Source of the DNA: a virus
Taxonomy: Duplodnaviria > Caudoviricetes
IMG/VR virus record: IMGVR_UViG_3300034082_002361
Coordinates: 1 to 52,456 of that record
Length of the DNA: 52,456 bases
Direction: 5' to 3' (one strand)
A program made the position numbers and the translations under genes. Under the pieces are notes generated by a model. It saw only the letters and a list, made by a program, of their open reading frames with translations, was not told the DNA's origin and ran no database searches. Below, in pieces: positions 9,821 through 19,358 of the stretch. How positions within the stretch are numbered: the first letter of the stretch is position 1; every line of letters begins with the position of its first letter.

Positions 9821-10972
9821 ATGACATATTCAGTATATCAAACCTGGGATAAATTAAATGTCTGTGCAGTGGGCAGTGCTTACCCACCAGAATTCTATTC
9901 ATTTATAAAAAATACAAATGTCAGATCAGTAATGGAAAAAATTTCCATGGAAACCGAGGAAGATTATCAGGCTTTGATTGCGTTTTTACAATCACATGAT
10001 GTTGATATTGTGCGTACCAAAGTTCAGGACAATGCCTTGATAGGTGATAAACTATTATCACCACCATTATCGCCTAGAGACCATTTTGGTATGATAGGTG
10101 AAAAGTTTTATACACCGGAGCCTGCACGTAATAGAAAATGGAACTACATCCATGGTCCTTTTTATCCAAAAGATCCCCCACAAACTCAAGAGGAATTTGA
10201 GGATTTACCTAAATACATAAAAAAAGATCTTTCTGAAAGACATTTTACCAATTCGTTGTTTGATGTATACACATTTGATTACGGAGCATTAAAACCAATA
10301 GTGGATTTAGTGGCTCAACACGGAAATGAAATTTTATTAAACAAGAACATTGACTCTGCTATGTGTTGTCAAGTAGGAGTAGATTTATATTTTGGTACAT
10401 GGCCTGGACAAGACAAAAATAGATTACTAGAGTGTATGCAGCAGGAGTTTCCTGACTATCGATGTCATGCTGTAGAAACAGATGGTCATCTTGATGGGGT
10501 GTTTTGTCCTGTTAAAGAAGGATTAATATTATGCAATAACAATTATGTAGATAAAATTAATTTTGCTACGTTGTTCCCTGGATGGGAAGTAGTACCAATA
10601 GGTAGACAAGTGCAACATAAAGAGTACGAATATAATCATTTAAAACAAAAAAACGCAGGTCGATGGTGGGTTCCTGGAGAAGAGTACAACGATGATTTCA
10701 CAGATTTTGTAAACTCTTATATGGATTTCTGCACTGGTAACATTGAAGAAACAACAATTGGTGTGAATATATTAATGGTTGACGAAAATACATTGCTTTG
10801 TTCTGAAGAAGATGCAAAAATTTTTAAAATACTAGAACAACACAGAATAACTCCACATGTAGTTTCTAATAGACACCATAATTTTTGGGACAACGGTATA
10901 CATTGCATGACAACAGATCTAGATAGGACGGGACATCGCAAAGATTATTTTCCTGGTAGACGAGTACTGTGA
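9821..10972 (+). CDS. Amidinotransferase (glycine/inosamine amidinotransferase family)
   Basis: WDKL..CAVG N-terminus, PRD, HLDG and GIHCMT catalytic motifs of the pentein fold. Confidence 0.8.
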   Translation: MTYSVYQTWDKLNVCAVGSAYPPEFYSFIKNTNVRSVMEKISMETEEDYQALIAFLQSHDVDIVRTKVQDNALIGDKLLSPPLSPRDHFGMIGEKFYTPEPARNRKWNYIHGPFYPKDPPQTQEEFEDLPKYIKKDLSERHFTNSLFDVYTFDYGALKPIVDLVAQHGNEILLNKNIDSAMCCQVGVDLYFGTWPGQDKNRLLECMQQEFPDYRCHAVETDGHLDGVFCPVKEGLILCNNNYVDKINFATLFPGWEVVPIGRQVQHKEYEYNHLKQKNAGRWWVPGEEYNDDFTDFVNSYMDFCTGNIEETTIGVNILMVDENTLLCSEEDAKIFKILEQHRITPHVVSNRHHNFWDNGIHCMTTDLDRTGHRKDYFPGRRVL

Positions 10973-11042
10973 CAGATATCATTGGTATAGCCTGCATGCT
11001 GTTTGGGCAGATGCAAATAAATAAATGATATTGGAGTAAATC

Positions 11043-11294
11043 TTGCAGAAGCGAACACGTAGCATACTTGATGAATTAGCCCATATGCCTGTGGTCAAAG
11101 ACAGGGAAAATCTTGTGGAAAGTCGTGCTAGTCATGTGATATCAGGCGCTATAAACTTGATCAATTATATCAAGGAAAACTACGATGCCGAGCAAGCAGC
11201 AGAGCTAGAGCGTAGGCTACTCAACAGTATTAGAGCGCAGGATCCAGCAAAATTTGCACGTGGTGTTAGGAGATTCAAAAATGATAGTCAATGA
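11043..11294 (+). CDS. Hypothetical protein (late)
   Basis: TTG start after GGAG; TAAATA at 11018-11023 upstream. Confidence 0.7.
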   Translation: MQKRTRSILDELAHMPVVKDRENLVESRASHVISGAINLINYIKENYDAEQAAELERRLLNSIRAQDPAKFARGVRRFKNDSQ

Positions 11295-12027
11295 AGGTGG
11301 AAATGTTTTTAAAAGCAAAGACGGCGAGTCACTGACACAACGTATTAATCGTGAAGACGTACCAGCAACAATTAAATGGGTAGAATCTGTTACAGGATTG
11401 CCTTTTCCGGAGCAGGCTTGGTTAGGCACAACTGGACGTAAGTCCAGTTCTGGAGATTTAGATCTAGCAGTAGATGCCAGTAAAATAGACAAAGATGTAT
11501 TAATACAGACATTGTTGACTAACGGAATTGACAAAAGCTCTATTAAAAAATCTGGAGACAGTGTACATATTTTAACTCCCATAGCAGGTGATCCTGCCAA
11601 CGGATATGTGCAATCTGACTTGATGTTTGGAGAACCTGTCTGGCAGGCATTTAGCATGAGCGGAGCTGCTGAAGGCAGCAAGTTGACTGGTATGAGCAGA
11701 CACGTTATTCTAGCCAGCATTGTGAATGCATTGAATCCTGCTCTAAAATGGAGCTATAAGAATGGGTTGGTAGATCGTGCCACTAACGCAACTGTAGAAA
11801 ATGGCAAGAGCCCTGCTACCCTGAGCAAGGTAACCGGCATCCCTGTAGCAAAACTTAACAGTGCCGATGATATCGTTGACGTGGTCAGTAAACGACCGGA
11901 CTACAATCAATTGATTGCTGCTGCTAGAGAAACACTGGCCAAAAGCAATATAGAATTGCCTGAATCTGCGCCTGCCCCAGGGACCGCAGCATGGTTCAGA
12001 ACATATTCAGACAAATTTGCCCAATGA
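11281..12027 (+). CDS. Pol-beta-superfamily nucleotidyltransferase-like protein
   Basis: LGTTG...SGDLDLAVD (G[ST]..DxD) plus third acidic residue in VQSDLM. ATG 11281 follows AGGAG. Confidence 0.65.
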   Translation: MIVNEGGNVFKSKDGESLTQRINREDVPATIKWVESVTGLPFPEQAWLGTTGRKSSSGDLDLAVDASKIDKDVLIQTLLTNGIDKSSIKKSGDSVHILTPIAGDPANGYVQSDLMFGEPVWQAFSMSGAAEGSKLTGMSRHVILASIVNALNPALKWSYKNGLVDRATNATVENGKSPATLSKVTGIPVAKLNSADDIVDVVSKRPDYNQLIAAARETLAKSNIELPESAPAPGTAAWFRTYSDKFAQ

Positions 12028-13136
12028 TACTAGATTTTATCAACATGTTAACTGAGGCAGCAGATCCTCGAACTCCGCACCCCGAAGATGCAATATTCAA
12101 CGGAAGTGCTGCTGCTGCACAACAAGTTGCTGGACTAAAAGCAGTCATAGCAAATCCAAATAACTTGACCATTAAATGGGATGGTAAGCCTGCATTGATA
12201 TTTGGCCGAGACACAGACGGTCAGCTGGCTGTAATGGACAAGTACATGTGGGACGCTGGGTCAATGGCCAAGAGCGTTCAAGATTGGCAGACCTATGATG
12301 CCAACAAAGCATCAGGAAATCTACGTGGTAGCTTGTATGACTTATTGGCGGCGATATGGCCAGGATTAAATGCAGCAGTTCAAGGCCCGGGGTTTTACTG
12401 GGGCGATTTGTTGTACGCTGGGCAATTGCAGCCAGTACAAGGCAAGTTTGTTTTCAAGCCCAATCTGGTAGAATATCGTATCCCCGTTGGTAGTCCGTTA
12501 GGTAAGCAAATAGCCGGGACTGCAGGTGGCGTTGTAGTACATCAATATTACTCCGAACCTGGCGCAACACCTGTGCAATGGAATGGTCGAGGATTGGCCA
12601 CAGTCCCGGGTGGTGTTGCAATTATAAGTCCAACTGCAGGAAATAGATTTACGCTAAAAACCCCGGTACAACAAGAACGTGCTGCAGATGCCGCACTACA
12701 GAAATACGGTGCTGCGGTTGACCAGTTACTAAGTACTGTTCCGCAAAGTGCCAGAGACAGAATTAAAACATACTTTAATAAATTTATCACAGGGCAAACT
12801 AGAGAAGCACTGCCAGACTGGTTGGCTGCAAACGTGAGCCAGAAACAATATCAAGCCTTGGCTGGAGATGACCAGACTGGTACACTGTTTGCACAAGATG
12901 CCAACGGCAAGATTGTAGAAAGTCCTGGGTACACTGGATTAAAAGCAATATGGAACAGCATTTATGCATTTAAACAAAGTCTAGCCAAGCAACTGGCACC
13001 ACAAGTACAAGGAATTGAAGAATATGTAAACAATCAGCCAGCTGGCGAAGGATTTGTGTTTCCTACACCTAGTGGGCTAGTAAAAATAGTAGATCGTGAA
13101 GTGTTTTCTGCGGCTAATTTTGCAAAAAATGGCTAA
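12024..13136 (+). CDS. ATP-dependent ligase-like (KxDG covalent nucleotidyltransferase) protein
   Basis: Motif I TIKWDG, motif III-like WGDLLY, motif IV GEGFV, motif V VKIVDR. ATGA-coupled to the upstream gene. Confidence 0.6.
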   Translation: MILDFINMLTEAADPRTPHPEDAIFNGSAAAAQQVAGLKAVIANPNNLTIKWDGKPALIFGRDTDGQLAVMDKYMWDAGSMAKSVQDWQTYDANKASGNLRGSLYDLLAAIWPGLNAAVQGPGFYWGDLLYAGQLQPVQGKFVFKPNLVEYRIPVGSPLGKQIAGTAGGVVVHQYYSEPGATPVQWNGRGLATVPGGVAIISPTAGNRFTLKTPVQQERAADAALQKYGAAVDQLLSTVPQSARDRIKTYFNKFITGQTREALPDWLAANVSQKQYQALAGDDQTGTLFAQDANGKIVESPGYTGLKAIWNSIYAFKQSLAKQLAPQVQGIEEYVNNQPAGEGFVFPTPSGLVKIVDREVFSAANFAKNG

Positions 13137-13140
13137 CTGG

Positions 13141-13148
13141 TATAAATA
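13141..13148 (+). promoter_or_regulatory. T4-type late promoter TATAAATA
   Basis: Exact T4 gp55 consensus, intergenic, upstream of an SD-led small gene. TAAATA cores also lie before genes at 11018, 13688, 14150, 14582, 15606, 20337, 27736, 30163, 31213, 36671, 38850, 40714, 40997, 46503, 47225. Confidence 0.75.
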
Positions 13149-13187
13149 CTTGCATGCGTATAACGCAAATAATTTAGGAGAAATATA

Positions 13188-13631
13188 ATGGCAATTGGAG
13201 TGACGAGAGTAAGCGGTGATTCGCAATTAGTAGTTAATGTTGGTGATGGATATACCAGAAATGCAAATGCACAAGTTATTAACACAGGTATTGCAAGCCC
13301 AATCACAGCATTTAAAATTACAACACTAGGTATTACAGCTAACCTAGCAAACGAACTAAAAGGTCCAAGCGGTGCAGGTGTTACTGGCGCAGTTGATACA
13401 CTACTAAAAGTAGTTTCTTCAAACGCTTCTGTACTAGCATACCAAGTTGACGCAGTTGGTGCAACAGCTCAGTTGAGTGTTATTGTTGAGCGCAGTGGTT
13501 GGGACAGTGATACAAGTCTACAATCTGTTATTCGTGCTTTAGCAGTTTCTACTGGTAATATTGGTGCATACGGTAACGTATTCCCGACATTAGCAACAGT
13601 TACATCAACTGGCGGTATCAAAATAGCCTAA
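13188..13631 (+). CDS. Small probable virion structural protein (paralogue 1)
   Basis: Late promoter, strong SD, own terminator; A/G/T/V-rich. Confidence 0.7.
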   Translation: MAIGVTRVSGDSQLVVNVGDGYTRNANAQVINTGIASPITAFKITTLGITANLANELKGPSGAGVTGAVDTLLKVVSSNASVLAYQVDAVGATAQLSVIVERSGWDSDTSLQSVIRALAVSTGNIGAYGNVFPTLATVTSTGGIKIA

Positions 13632-13647
13632 TTGCTAACTAGCAATA

Positions 13648-13677
13648 TAAAGAAGCAGACTTTGGTCTGCTTTTTTT
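13648..13677 (+). terminator. Rho-independent terminator
   Basis: AAGCAGAC-TTTG-GTCTGCTT followed by a T run. Confidence 0.9.
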
Positions 13678-13732
13678 ATGACTTGGATAAATATTAACAT
13701 GCGGAAAACGCAAATAATTTAGGAGAAATATA

Positions 13733-14095
13733 ATGGCAATTGGAATAGATCGTAGCGCAGGATATGCGTATGCAGGTACAACTGGTGTGTTAAATGGTGT
13801 TCAATACAGCGAAGTCGGGCAGAGTCTTGCGCTTTATGTTGTGGCATCATTGAACTTATCATCTGAGGATGACGCAGCAAACGAAGCATTTGAGGCAATC
13901 ATTCAACTTTTTCCACCTGTGTTAGCATATTATTCTCATGCTACTACTGGTGCAATCAGCTTGATCTGTGACGGTGTTAATGCACCTGACGCAAGTGCAT
14001 TACAAACAGCACTACAAGCAATTGGTGCAAGGAAAGGTGCTGTAAATCTATCAAGTGCAACTGTCACCAACGGTACAAGCTTTGTAGTTTCGTAA
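13733..14095 (+). CDS. Small probable virion structural protein (paralogue 2)
   Basis: Same leader and MAIG start as 13188; shared VLAY and D.(T/S)(S/A)LQ..(I/L).A segments. Confidence 0.7.
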   Translation: MAIGIDRSAGYAYAGTTGVLNGVQYSEVGQSLALYVVASLNLSSEDDAANEAFEAIIQLFPPVLAYYSHATTGAISLICDGVNAPDASALQTALQAIGARKGAVNLSSATVTNGTSFVVS

Positions 14096-14115
14096 TTAAG
14101 TCAATGACTTAAACC

Positions 14116-14141
14116 AAAGGCAGATTTGTTCTGCCTTTTTT
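14116..14141 (+). terminator. Rho-independent terminator
   Basis: AAAGGCAGA-TTTGT-TCTGCCTTT plus T tail. Confidence 0.9.
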
Positions 14142-14160
14142 ATTGGCTATAAATATCTAT

Positions 14161-14595
14161 ATGAAATTCTTCACTGGAGTTACGTTAGTTGACATTACTG
14201 CTACCGGAGTTACTAGACACCGGGCGGAGCAAGAACTTGAGCGCAATCAGCAACGCAACTGGGAAACAGTACTACAGGTTATTGGTCTAAGGTCGCAGCC
14301 ACAGTTGATTGAAGGTCCAATAGTTAAAGAATTTGAAATAGATCACAACAGTGGATTTGGCGAAATGTACAGGGGTAACCACAGTGTATGGATATTTTGT
14401 TTTGGTGTAGAGTCTGAGGATGTATTTTTGCACAACAATGATCCAGTTGGTGGCCTAGATCTAGACTTTGCTCAGGTGCCTATCATATGTGGGCTTGAGG
14501 AAACTGCACGTTTTATGCTGCCAATATTTTACCCGTACGGAGCAATTAAAAACATATACTTTAAAACTGGCAGAATTCACTTAAATACTATTTGA
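14161..14595 (+). CDS. Hypothetical late protein (probably leaderless)
   Basis: TATAAATA at 14148-14155, 5 nt before ATG 14161 (MKFFTGVTLVDIT). Confidence 0.7.
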   Translation: MKFFTGVTLVDITATGVTRHRAEQELERNQQRNWETVLQVIGLRSQPQLIEGPIVKEFEIDHNSGFGEMYRGNHSVWIFCFGVESEDVFLHNNDPVGGLDLDFAQVPIICGLEETARFMLPIFYPYGAIKNIYFKTGRIHLNTI

Positions 14596-14676
14596 TTCAC
14601 GGCACACTCAGGCAACTCTTATGGCACATTTACGCAACACTACAGAACCCTCTTTAACTAAAAGAATGGAAATAAA

Positions 14677-14943
14677 ATGGCAGAGAGCGAAAGAACCAAC
14701 CTTGGTGCGCACGTGGACTTGTGTGCTGAAAGATACCGAAGCTTGGAAGATAAACTAGATAAATTAGAAAATCGTATGAGTACGTTGGAAGAACACATTA
14801 TTATCATACGAACAAAGTTGTCAGATACCAAAGCAGAAACTGTTGGTGCTACCAGCGGTCAAATTATCAGTATAGGAACAGCATTTGGTGTGGCATTAAC
14901 AACTGGTTTGATCACGGTACTAGTTCAGCTGATACTAAAATAA
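14677..14943 (+). CDS. Coiled-coil protein with C-terminal transmembrane helix
   Basis: LEDKLDKLENRMSTLEE heptads, hydrophobic C-terminus. Confidence 0.7.
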   Translation: MAESERTNLGAHVDLCAERYRSLEDKLDKLENRMSTLEEHIIIIRTKLSDTKAETVGATSGQIISIGTAFGVALTTGLITVLVQLILK

Positions 14944-14945
14944 AA

Positions 14946-15152
14946 ATGAAAATTGTAGAACTCTTAAATAAAGTACAGGTACCATTAACAAACGAAGAAG
15001 CAGACGTATTGGGACAGTTTTATGATCGTACAACTATTGCAAAAGAACACTTTGATCATAGACAAACATTGGTTGCCAATCACCTGGTTAATAAAGACGT
15101 ACTACTAAGAAAAAATGAAGACGGTAAAATCTACTACAGGAAAAAGATCTGA
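14946..15152 (+). CDS. Small hypothetical protein
   Basis: 68-aa ORF in operon; MKIVELL N-terminus. Confidence 0.65.
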   Translation: MKIVELLNKVQVPLTNEEADVLGQFYDRTTIAKEHFDHRQTLVANHLVNKDVLLRKNEDGKIYYRKKI

Positions 15153-15639
15153 TCTGGCACATGCTCAAGCTGTGTTTGCAGATGTAGGGACAAAACATTT
15201 AAAAAATTGGACAGAAAAAGAACTTAAAAGATTTAGAACACAACCCGTGGTAATTCCTGTTGGAACTCACGGGTTTTTTGTTGGAAATTTTCGTATAACC
15301 GGAACACATCAGCAATGTTGGCGGGTAGAGCAGTTGGACGGTCAGCATCGACACAACTTCACATCAAAAATAAATGCTATAGTTTATTGCATCAACGAAA
15401 TAAAACAGAAATTTGACGCAGCACAGCACTTGCTAGATTTAGACACCAAAATTGGTAGACTGGACACAGATATTGTACACTACGAGTATACTTTGTCAAA
15501 GAATCGTGATTTGGTAAAATCTGCCGCGGTGTTAAATAGATGTATTGATGCCAAGACGCAGCGCCGCCATCTTTTAGATATTTTGAAAAAAACTTTAAAT
15601 TCGGCTAAATACTTGAACTTTGGGAAACTACCACTATGA
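15115..15639 (+). CDS. Hypothetical protein
   Basis: 174-aa ORF overlapping both neighbours. Confidence 0.65.
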   Translation: MKTVKSTTGKRSDLAHAQAVFADVGTKHLKNWTEKELKRFRTQPVVIPVGTHGFFVGNFRITGTHQQCWRVEQLDGQHRHNFTSKINAIVYCINEIKQKFDAAQHLLDLDTKIGRLDTDIVHYEYTLSKNRDLVKSAAVLNRCIDAKTQRRHLLDILKKTLNSAKYLNFGKLPL

Positions 15640-16337
15640 GATTAACAGAAATGGGCACCAAGCCTACCGCTAAAAAAATTAATAAAGTAATGGAAAGCCG
15701 TTTTGGCATCAAGATTGACTATGCCAACTTGGACTTTACAAAAGCCTATAAATTGGCCCGTGGACTAACAGAAAGTCTAAATCAGATCAAGAGCAGCCAC
15801 GGTGCACACCAGGCAGAAAAGAATCCCAAGTACATGGAACTGCTAATGGTGCGCGAAGGACTGCATCGCTGGATGGTAGAAAATAAGCAACAGCTTATTA
15901 TGGAAAGCGAAATGGGCAAAAGCCAAGCTATCCTGGCTGCCAAAGACATGGTTGATTCAATTCAAGACATGCTAGAAGATGTAAGCAAAATGCAAAACGA
16001 GCAAATGCCTGCCTTGCTTGACACTATCCGTGATCAAATTGGCATGGAACAAGCAGATCAGTTCAAGGCCAGTGTTGGTGCTTTGTTGGCCAACATGGTT
16101 GAGCAACTGGGTTCTGCACGTGAAGCAGCAGACACAGCAGCAAGACAATTGGCCGGTGAACAAGTGGCACAACCAATGGGCATGGGCGGCGCAATGCCTC
16201 CAGTTGCAGCTCCAGGCGGTATGGGAGCAGACCTAGGTGGTATGTCTCCTGACATGGGCAGTGACATGGATACAGATGAGTTTGCGGCCACTGATGCTGC
16301 TGCAGGACCAAACGAAATTGGTAGAGAGCGTCGTTAA
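15636..16337 (+). CDS. Probable prohead core/internal protein
   Basis: Helical, acidic G/M/P/D-rich tail; LTE/IME sites resemble prohead-protease cleavage sites; TAAATA at 15606. Confidence 0.45.
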   Translation: MRLTEMGTKPTAKKINKVMESRFGIKIDYANLDFTKAYKLARGLTESLNQIKSSHGAHQAEKNPKYMELLMVREGLHRWMVENKQQLIMESEMGKSQAILAAKDMVDSIQDMLEDVSKMQNEQMPALLDTIRDQIGMEQADQFKASVGALLANMVEQLGSAREAADTAARQLAGEQVAQPMGMGGAMPPVAAPGGMGADLGGMSPDMGSDMDTDEFAATDAAAGPNEIGRERR

Positions 16338-16750
16338 TGCGAGTTCGTGACATTATAGTCGAAGATCACATTGACGACATGCTGGAAGATGAAGCCGAAG
16401 GGCGTGGTGATGCCAATCTTATCACCACGTTGGAGTTTCTTCGTAATCGAGCACACGACACACATGTACAGCCCAGAGTCCGAGCCGACAGTTTAATTAA
16501 TCTTGTACAGACCACTGGTGATCAACAATTTACCTTAGAAAATCTTCTTGATTCATACAGTGACAATGAAGTAATCAAAGGCTTGATCAAAGATATCAAA
16601 GACGACAACACCGGGGTCAAGTATGTGTATCTTGCTCCGTTTGCTGACGATTCAGAAGTGGCTGGCCTAGCAGATACTAATGCTCCGCGTACTGCCCCTG
16701 AAAAAACAGTTAACTCAATGGCTAAATCAGCTCTTGCAAAACGCAGTTAA
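16337..16750 (+). CDS. Hypothetical (probable internal head) protein
   Basis: TAATG-coupled; MRVRDIIVED N-terminus; acidic. Confidence 0.6.
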   Translation: MRVRDIIVEDHIDDMLEDEAEGRGDANLITTLEFLRNRAHDTHVQPRVRADSLINLVQTTGDQQFTLENLLDSYSDNEVIKGLIKDIKDDNTGVKYVYLAPFADDSEVAGLADTNAPRTAPEKTVNSMAKSALAKRS

Positions 16751-16762
16751 TTAGTTTACACT
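16734..16762 (+). promoter_or_regulatory. sigma70-type promoter upstream of iscU
   Basis: TTGCAA-17 nt-TACACT, then AAGGA SD. Confidence 0.65.
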
Positions 16763-16781
16763 AACACAAAGGAAATTTAAT

Positions 16782-17168
16782 ATGGCTTACTCAAGCGAAG
16801 TCTTAGATCACTACGAGAATCCTCGTAATGTTGGAAAAATGGACAAGACTGACTCCAGTGTAGGTACCGGATTGGTAGGAGCTCCTGCGTGTGGTGATGT
16901 ACTGCAACTCCAAATCAAGGTAGAAAACAATGTCATCACAGATGCTAAATTTAAAACCTATGGCTGTGGATCAGCAATTGCCAGTTCGTCCTTGGTTACC
17001 ACATGGCTCAAAGGTAAGACACTGGATGAAGCAAATCTGATTGAAAACAGTGCAATTGCGGAAGAACTGGCTTTACCTCCAGTCAAGATTCACTGTTCAA
17101 TACTGGCAGAGGATGCAATTAAATCAGCTATAGCAGACTACAAGGCCAAGCATGATACAATTAACTGA
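16782..17168 (+). CDS. iscU: Fe-S cluster scaffold IscU
   Basis: DHYENPRNVG, GAPACGD, FKTYGCGSAIASSS, LPPVKIHC. Confidence 0.97.
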   Translation: MAYSSEVLDHYENPRNVGKMDKTDSSVGTGLVGAPACGDVLQLQIKVENNVITDAKFKTYGCGSAIASSSLVTTWLKGKTLDEANLIENSAIAEELALPPVKIHCSILAEDAIKSAIADYKAKHDTIN

Positions 17169-17478
17169 AGTAGCAGCCAAGAAGGTATTAAAGCATATTG
17201 AAAAACGCGGACAAGGCCTTGGTATCAGTATAGGTGTCAGGACCACAGGCTGCTCGGGCCTTGCTTACAAACTGGAGTATATGGATACTGCTCCAGTGAC
17301 GCTGGACTGGCTTCAATATGAAAGCCGAGGTGTCACGGTATGGGTCAACAGCAGAGACGTTCCTTATTTGAACGGACTTGTAATGGACCACAAACGACAA
17401 GGACTCAATGAAGGATTTGAGTTCATCAACCCTCAAGAAAAAGCTCGCTGCGGCTGTGGTGAAAGCTTTACAATCTAA
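17152..17478 (+). CDS. iscA: A-type Fe-S carrier IscA
   Basis: TTGCSGLAY and CGCGESF. Confidence 0.95.
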   Translation: MIQLTEVAAKKVLKHIEKRGQGLGISIGVRTTGCSGLAYKLEYMDTAPVTLDWLQYESRGVTVWVNSRDVPYLNGLVMDHKRQGLNEGFEFINPQEKARCGCGESFTI

Positions 17479-18177
17479 ATGATCACTCCAAGATTTAACT
17501 ACGTTCCACTAGCAAGAGAAACACTAGAGGGCAAGCGTCATTACGCACTGCCTGATGGTAGCCGTGTGCCCAGTGTCACAACCATATTAGAAAAAACCAA
17601 ACCTGCAGAAGCGCGGCAGGCACTACAAGAGTGGCGCAATAGAGTGGGTACAGAACGTGCCCAGCAGATTACCACAGAAGCTGCCAATCGTGGAACACGC
17701 ATGCACACCTATCTTGAGCGTTATGTGAAAAATGATGACATAGGTGATTTTCCTAGTAACCCATTTGCACAACCTTCGTGGTTCATGGCAGCAAAAGTGA
17801 TACTAGAGGGGCTACACCATGCTGATGAATTTTGGGGTAGCGAAGTACCGTTGTATTACAGTGGGCTATATGCCGGCACTACCGACCTAGTGGGCACCTG
17901 GAAGGGACAACCTGCTATTATGGATTTTAAACAAAGTAACAAGGTCAAGAAGCGTGAATGGATTGACGATTACTTTATACAGTTGGCTGCATATGCAGCA
18001 GCACACAACGAAACACATGGTACACAAATTCGTACAGGGGTAGTGTTAATGTGTGTGAAGCCAGCAACAGAACACGATGATCCAGTGTACCAAGAATTTG
18101 TACTAGAACCTAAAGATTTTGATCACTGGCAAGATCAATGGATGCGTAGAGTAGAACTATACTATCAAACAGCATGA
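17479..18177 (+). CDS. PD-(D/E)XK exonuclease
   Basis: PSVTTIL, RGTRMH, AGTTDL, MDFKQS, QLAAYA. Confidence 0.85.
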   Translation: MITPRFNYVPLARETLEGKRHYALPDGSRVPSVTTILEKTKPAEARQALQEWRNRVGTERAQQITTEAANRGTRMHTYLERYVKNDDIGDFPSNPFAQPSWFMAAKVILEGLHHADEFWGSEVPLYYSGLYAGTTDLVGTWKGQPAIMDFKQSNKVKKREWIDDYFIQLAAYAAAHNETHGTQIRTGVVLMCVKPATEHDDPVYQEFVLEPKDFDHWQDQWMRRVELYYQTA

Positions 18178-19358
18178 AAACAAAGTTAACCGAACTGGGT
18201 GCAAATGGTAGCTTTTGTATATTGCCATTCATACATCAGGAAAAAAAATTTAACGGAACTTACCATGTGTGTTGTTATGGCGATCAATTGCAGTCTGATA
18301 ATCCTGCAGATGACTCGTTGGCCAGTTTTAATTCTGATAAAATCAACAGGATCAGATCTGACATGTTGTCTGGCACAAAGCCGGCTGACTGCAATTCCTG
18401 TTATCAACAGGAACACAACAACATTTATAGTCCCAGGCTAAGAGAAAATCACACCTGGACCAATTGGGAATCTACACATACCGCAGTAGAAAAATGCTTT
18501 GATGATTTCACCCATAAAAATACCATCAAACCTATCAGTTATGACCTGAGATACAGCAATACCTGCACTTTAAAGTGCCGTATGTGCAACAGTTCCAGTA
18601 GTAGTGCATTAAATGCAGAATACAAAAAGATACAACATCAATGGCCAGAAAAGTTTTGGACCATTGACAATCCACGAATCAATCATGAAGTTGAATTGCA
18701 TAGTGATGTACAAAAAATATATCTTGCTGGTGGGGAACCACTGGTAGAGCCATTGAATTTAGAATTGCTAGACAAAGTGGCACATCATAATCCAAATTTG
18801 GTTATTCTCATTAACACAAGTTTAAATCATCTAAGTGAAAAATTTGTAACGGTATTAAACAAATTCAAATACTTGACATTGGTAGTGTCAATTGATGGAA
18901 CCCATCAAATCAACGACTATGTACGCAACGGATCAAACTTTGATACAGTGATTAAAAATATTCGTAGCATGGCACACCATGACATGATATTCTCCACATG
19001 TGTGAGCATATACAACGTGTTCAATGTTAAACAATTAGTTACTTTTATTAACAAAGAGTTTCCTAATAGTGGTCATGGCATACACCTGGTCAATGATATT
19101 CCCGAAGTGTTTGTTGACAATGTGCCGCCAGAGCTCAGACCAGGCCTGATTCAGCAATTAGAAACTTGTCTATTGGAGATTTCAGATTTTTCGGCACAAG
19201 GAATTCACAATATAATTACTACATTAAAACAAAATAATTTTGATCACAATCGTTTTAATGATTTTATCAAATATACTAAAATTTTGGATGAATCGCGCGG
19301 CGAATCAATTATCAATATGGTTCCGGAGTTAGCTAAGTATTTCAATGAACAAAGTTAA
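18174..19358 (+). CDS. Radical SAM protein with N-terminal Cys-rich (SPASM/twitch-like) domain
   Basis: CTLKCRMC (CxxxCxxC), AGGEP, SIDG; extra Cys in FCILP, CC and CNSC. Confidence 0.9.
   Translation: MKTKLTELGANGSFCILPFIHQEKKFNGTYHVCCYGDQLQSDNPADDSLASFNSDKINRIRSDMLSGTKPADCNSCYQQEHNNIYSPRLRENHTWTNWESTHTAVEKCFDDFTHKNTIKPISYDLRYSNTCTLKCRMCNSSSSSALNAEYKKIQHQWPEKFWTIDNPRINHEVELHSDVQKIYLAGGEPLVEPLNLELLDKVAHHNPNLVILINTSLNHLSEKFVTVLNKFKYLTLVVSIDGTHQINDYVRNGSNFDTVIKNIRSMAHHDMIFSTCVSIYNVFNVKQLVTFINKEFPNSGHGIHLVNDIPEVFVDNVPPELRPGLIQQLETCLLEISDFSAQGIHNIITTLKQNNFDHNRFNDFIKYTKILDESRGESIINMVPELAKYFNEQS

Larger units (their letters stand above)
13162..13744 (+). repeat. 38-nt exact direct repeat covering leader, SD and first codons of two adjacent genes (13162-13199 and 13707-13744)
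   Basis: AACGCAAATAATTTAGGAGAAATATAATGGCAATTGGA occurs twice. Confidence 0.95.

Noticed and set aside
13162-13744. 38-nt direct repeat as CRISPR repeat or att site
   Set aside because: Only two copies, about 545 nt apart, each covering an SD and start codon; it is a duplicated gene leader.
17479-18177. Cas4 / CRISPR-associated nuclease
   Set aside because: No four-Cys Fe-S motif, no array and no cas genes; it is a generic PD-(D/E)XK exonuclease.
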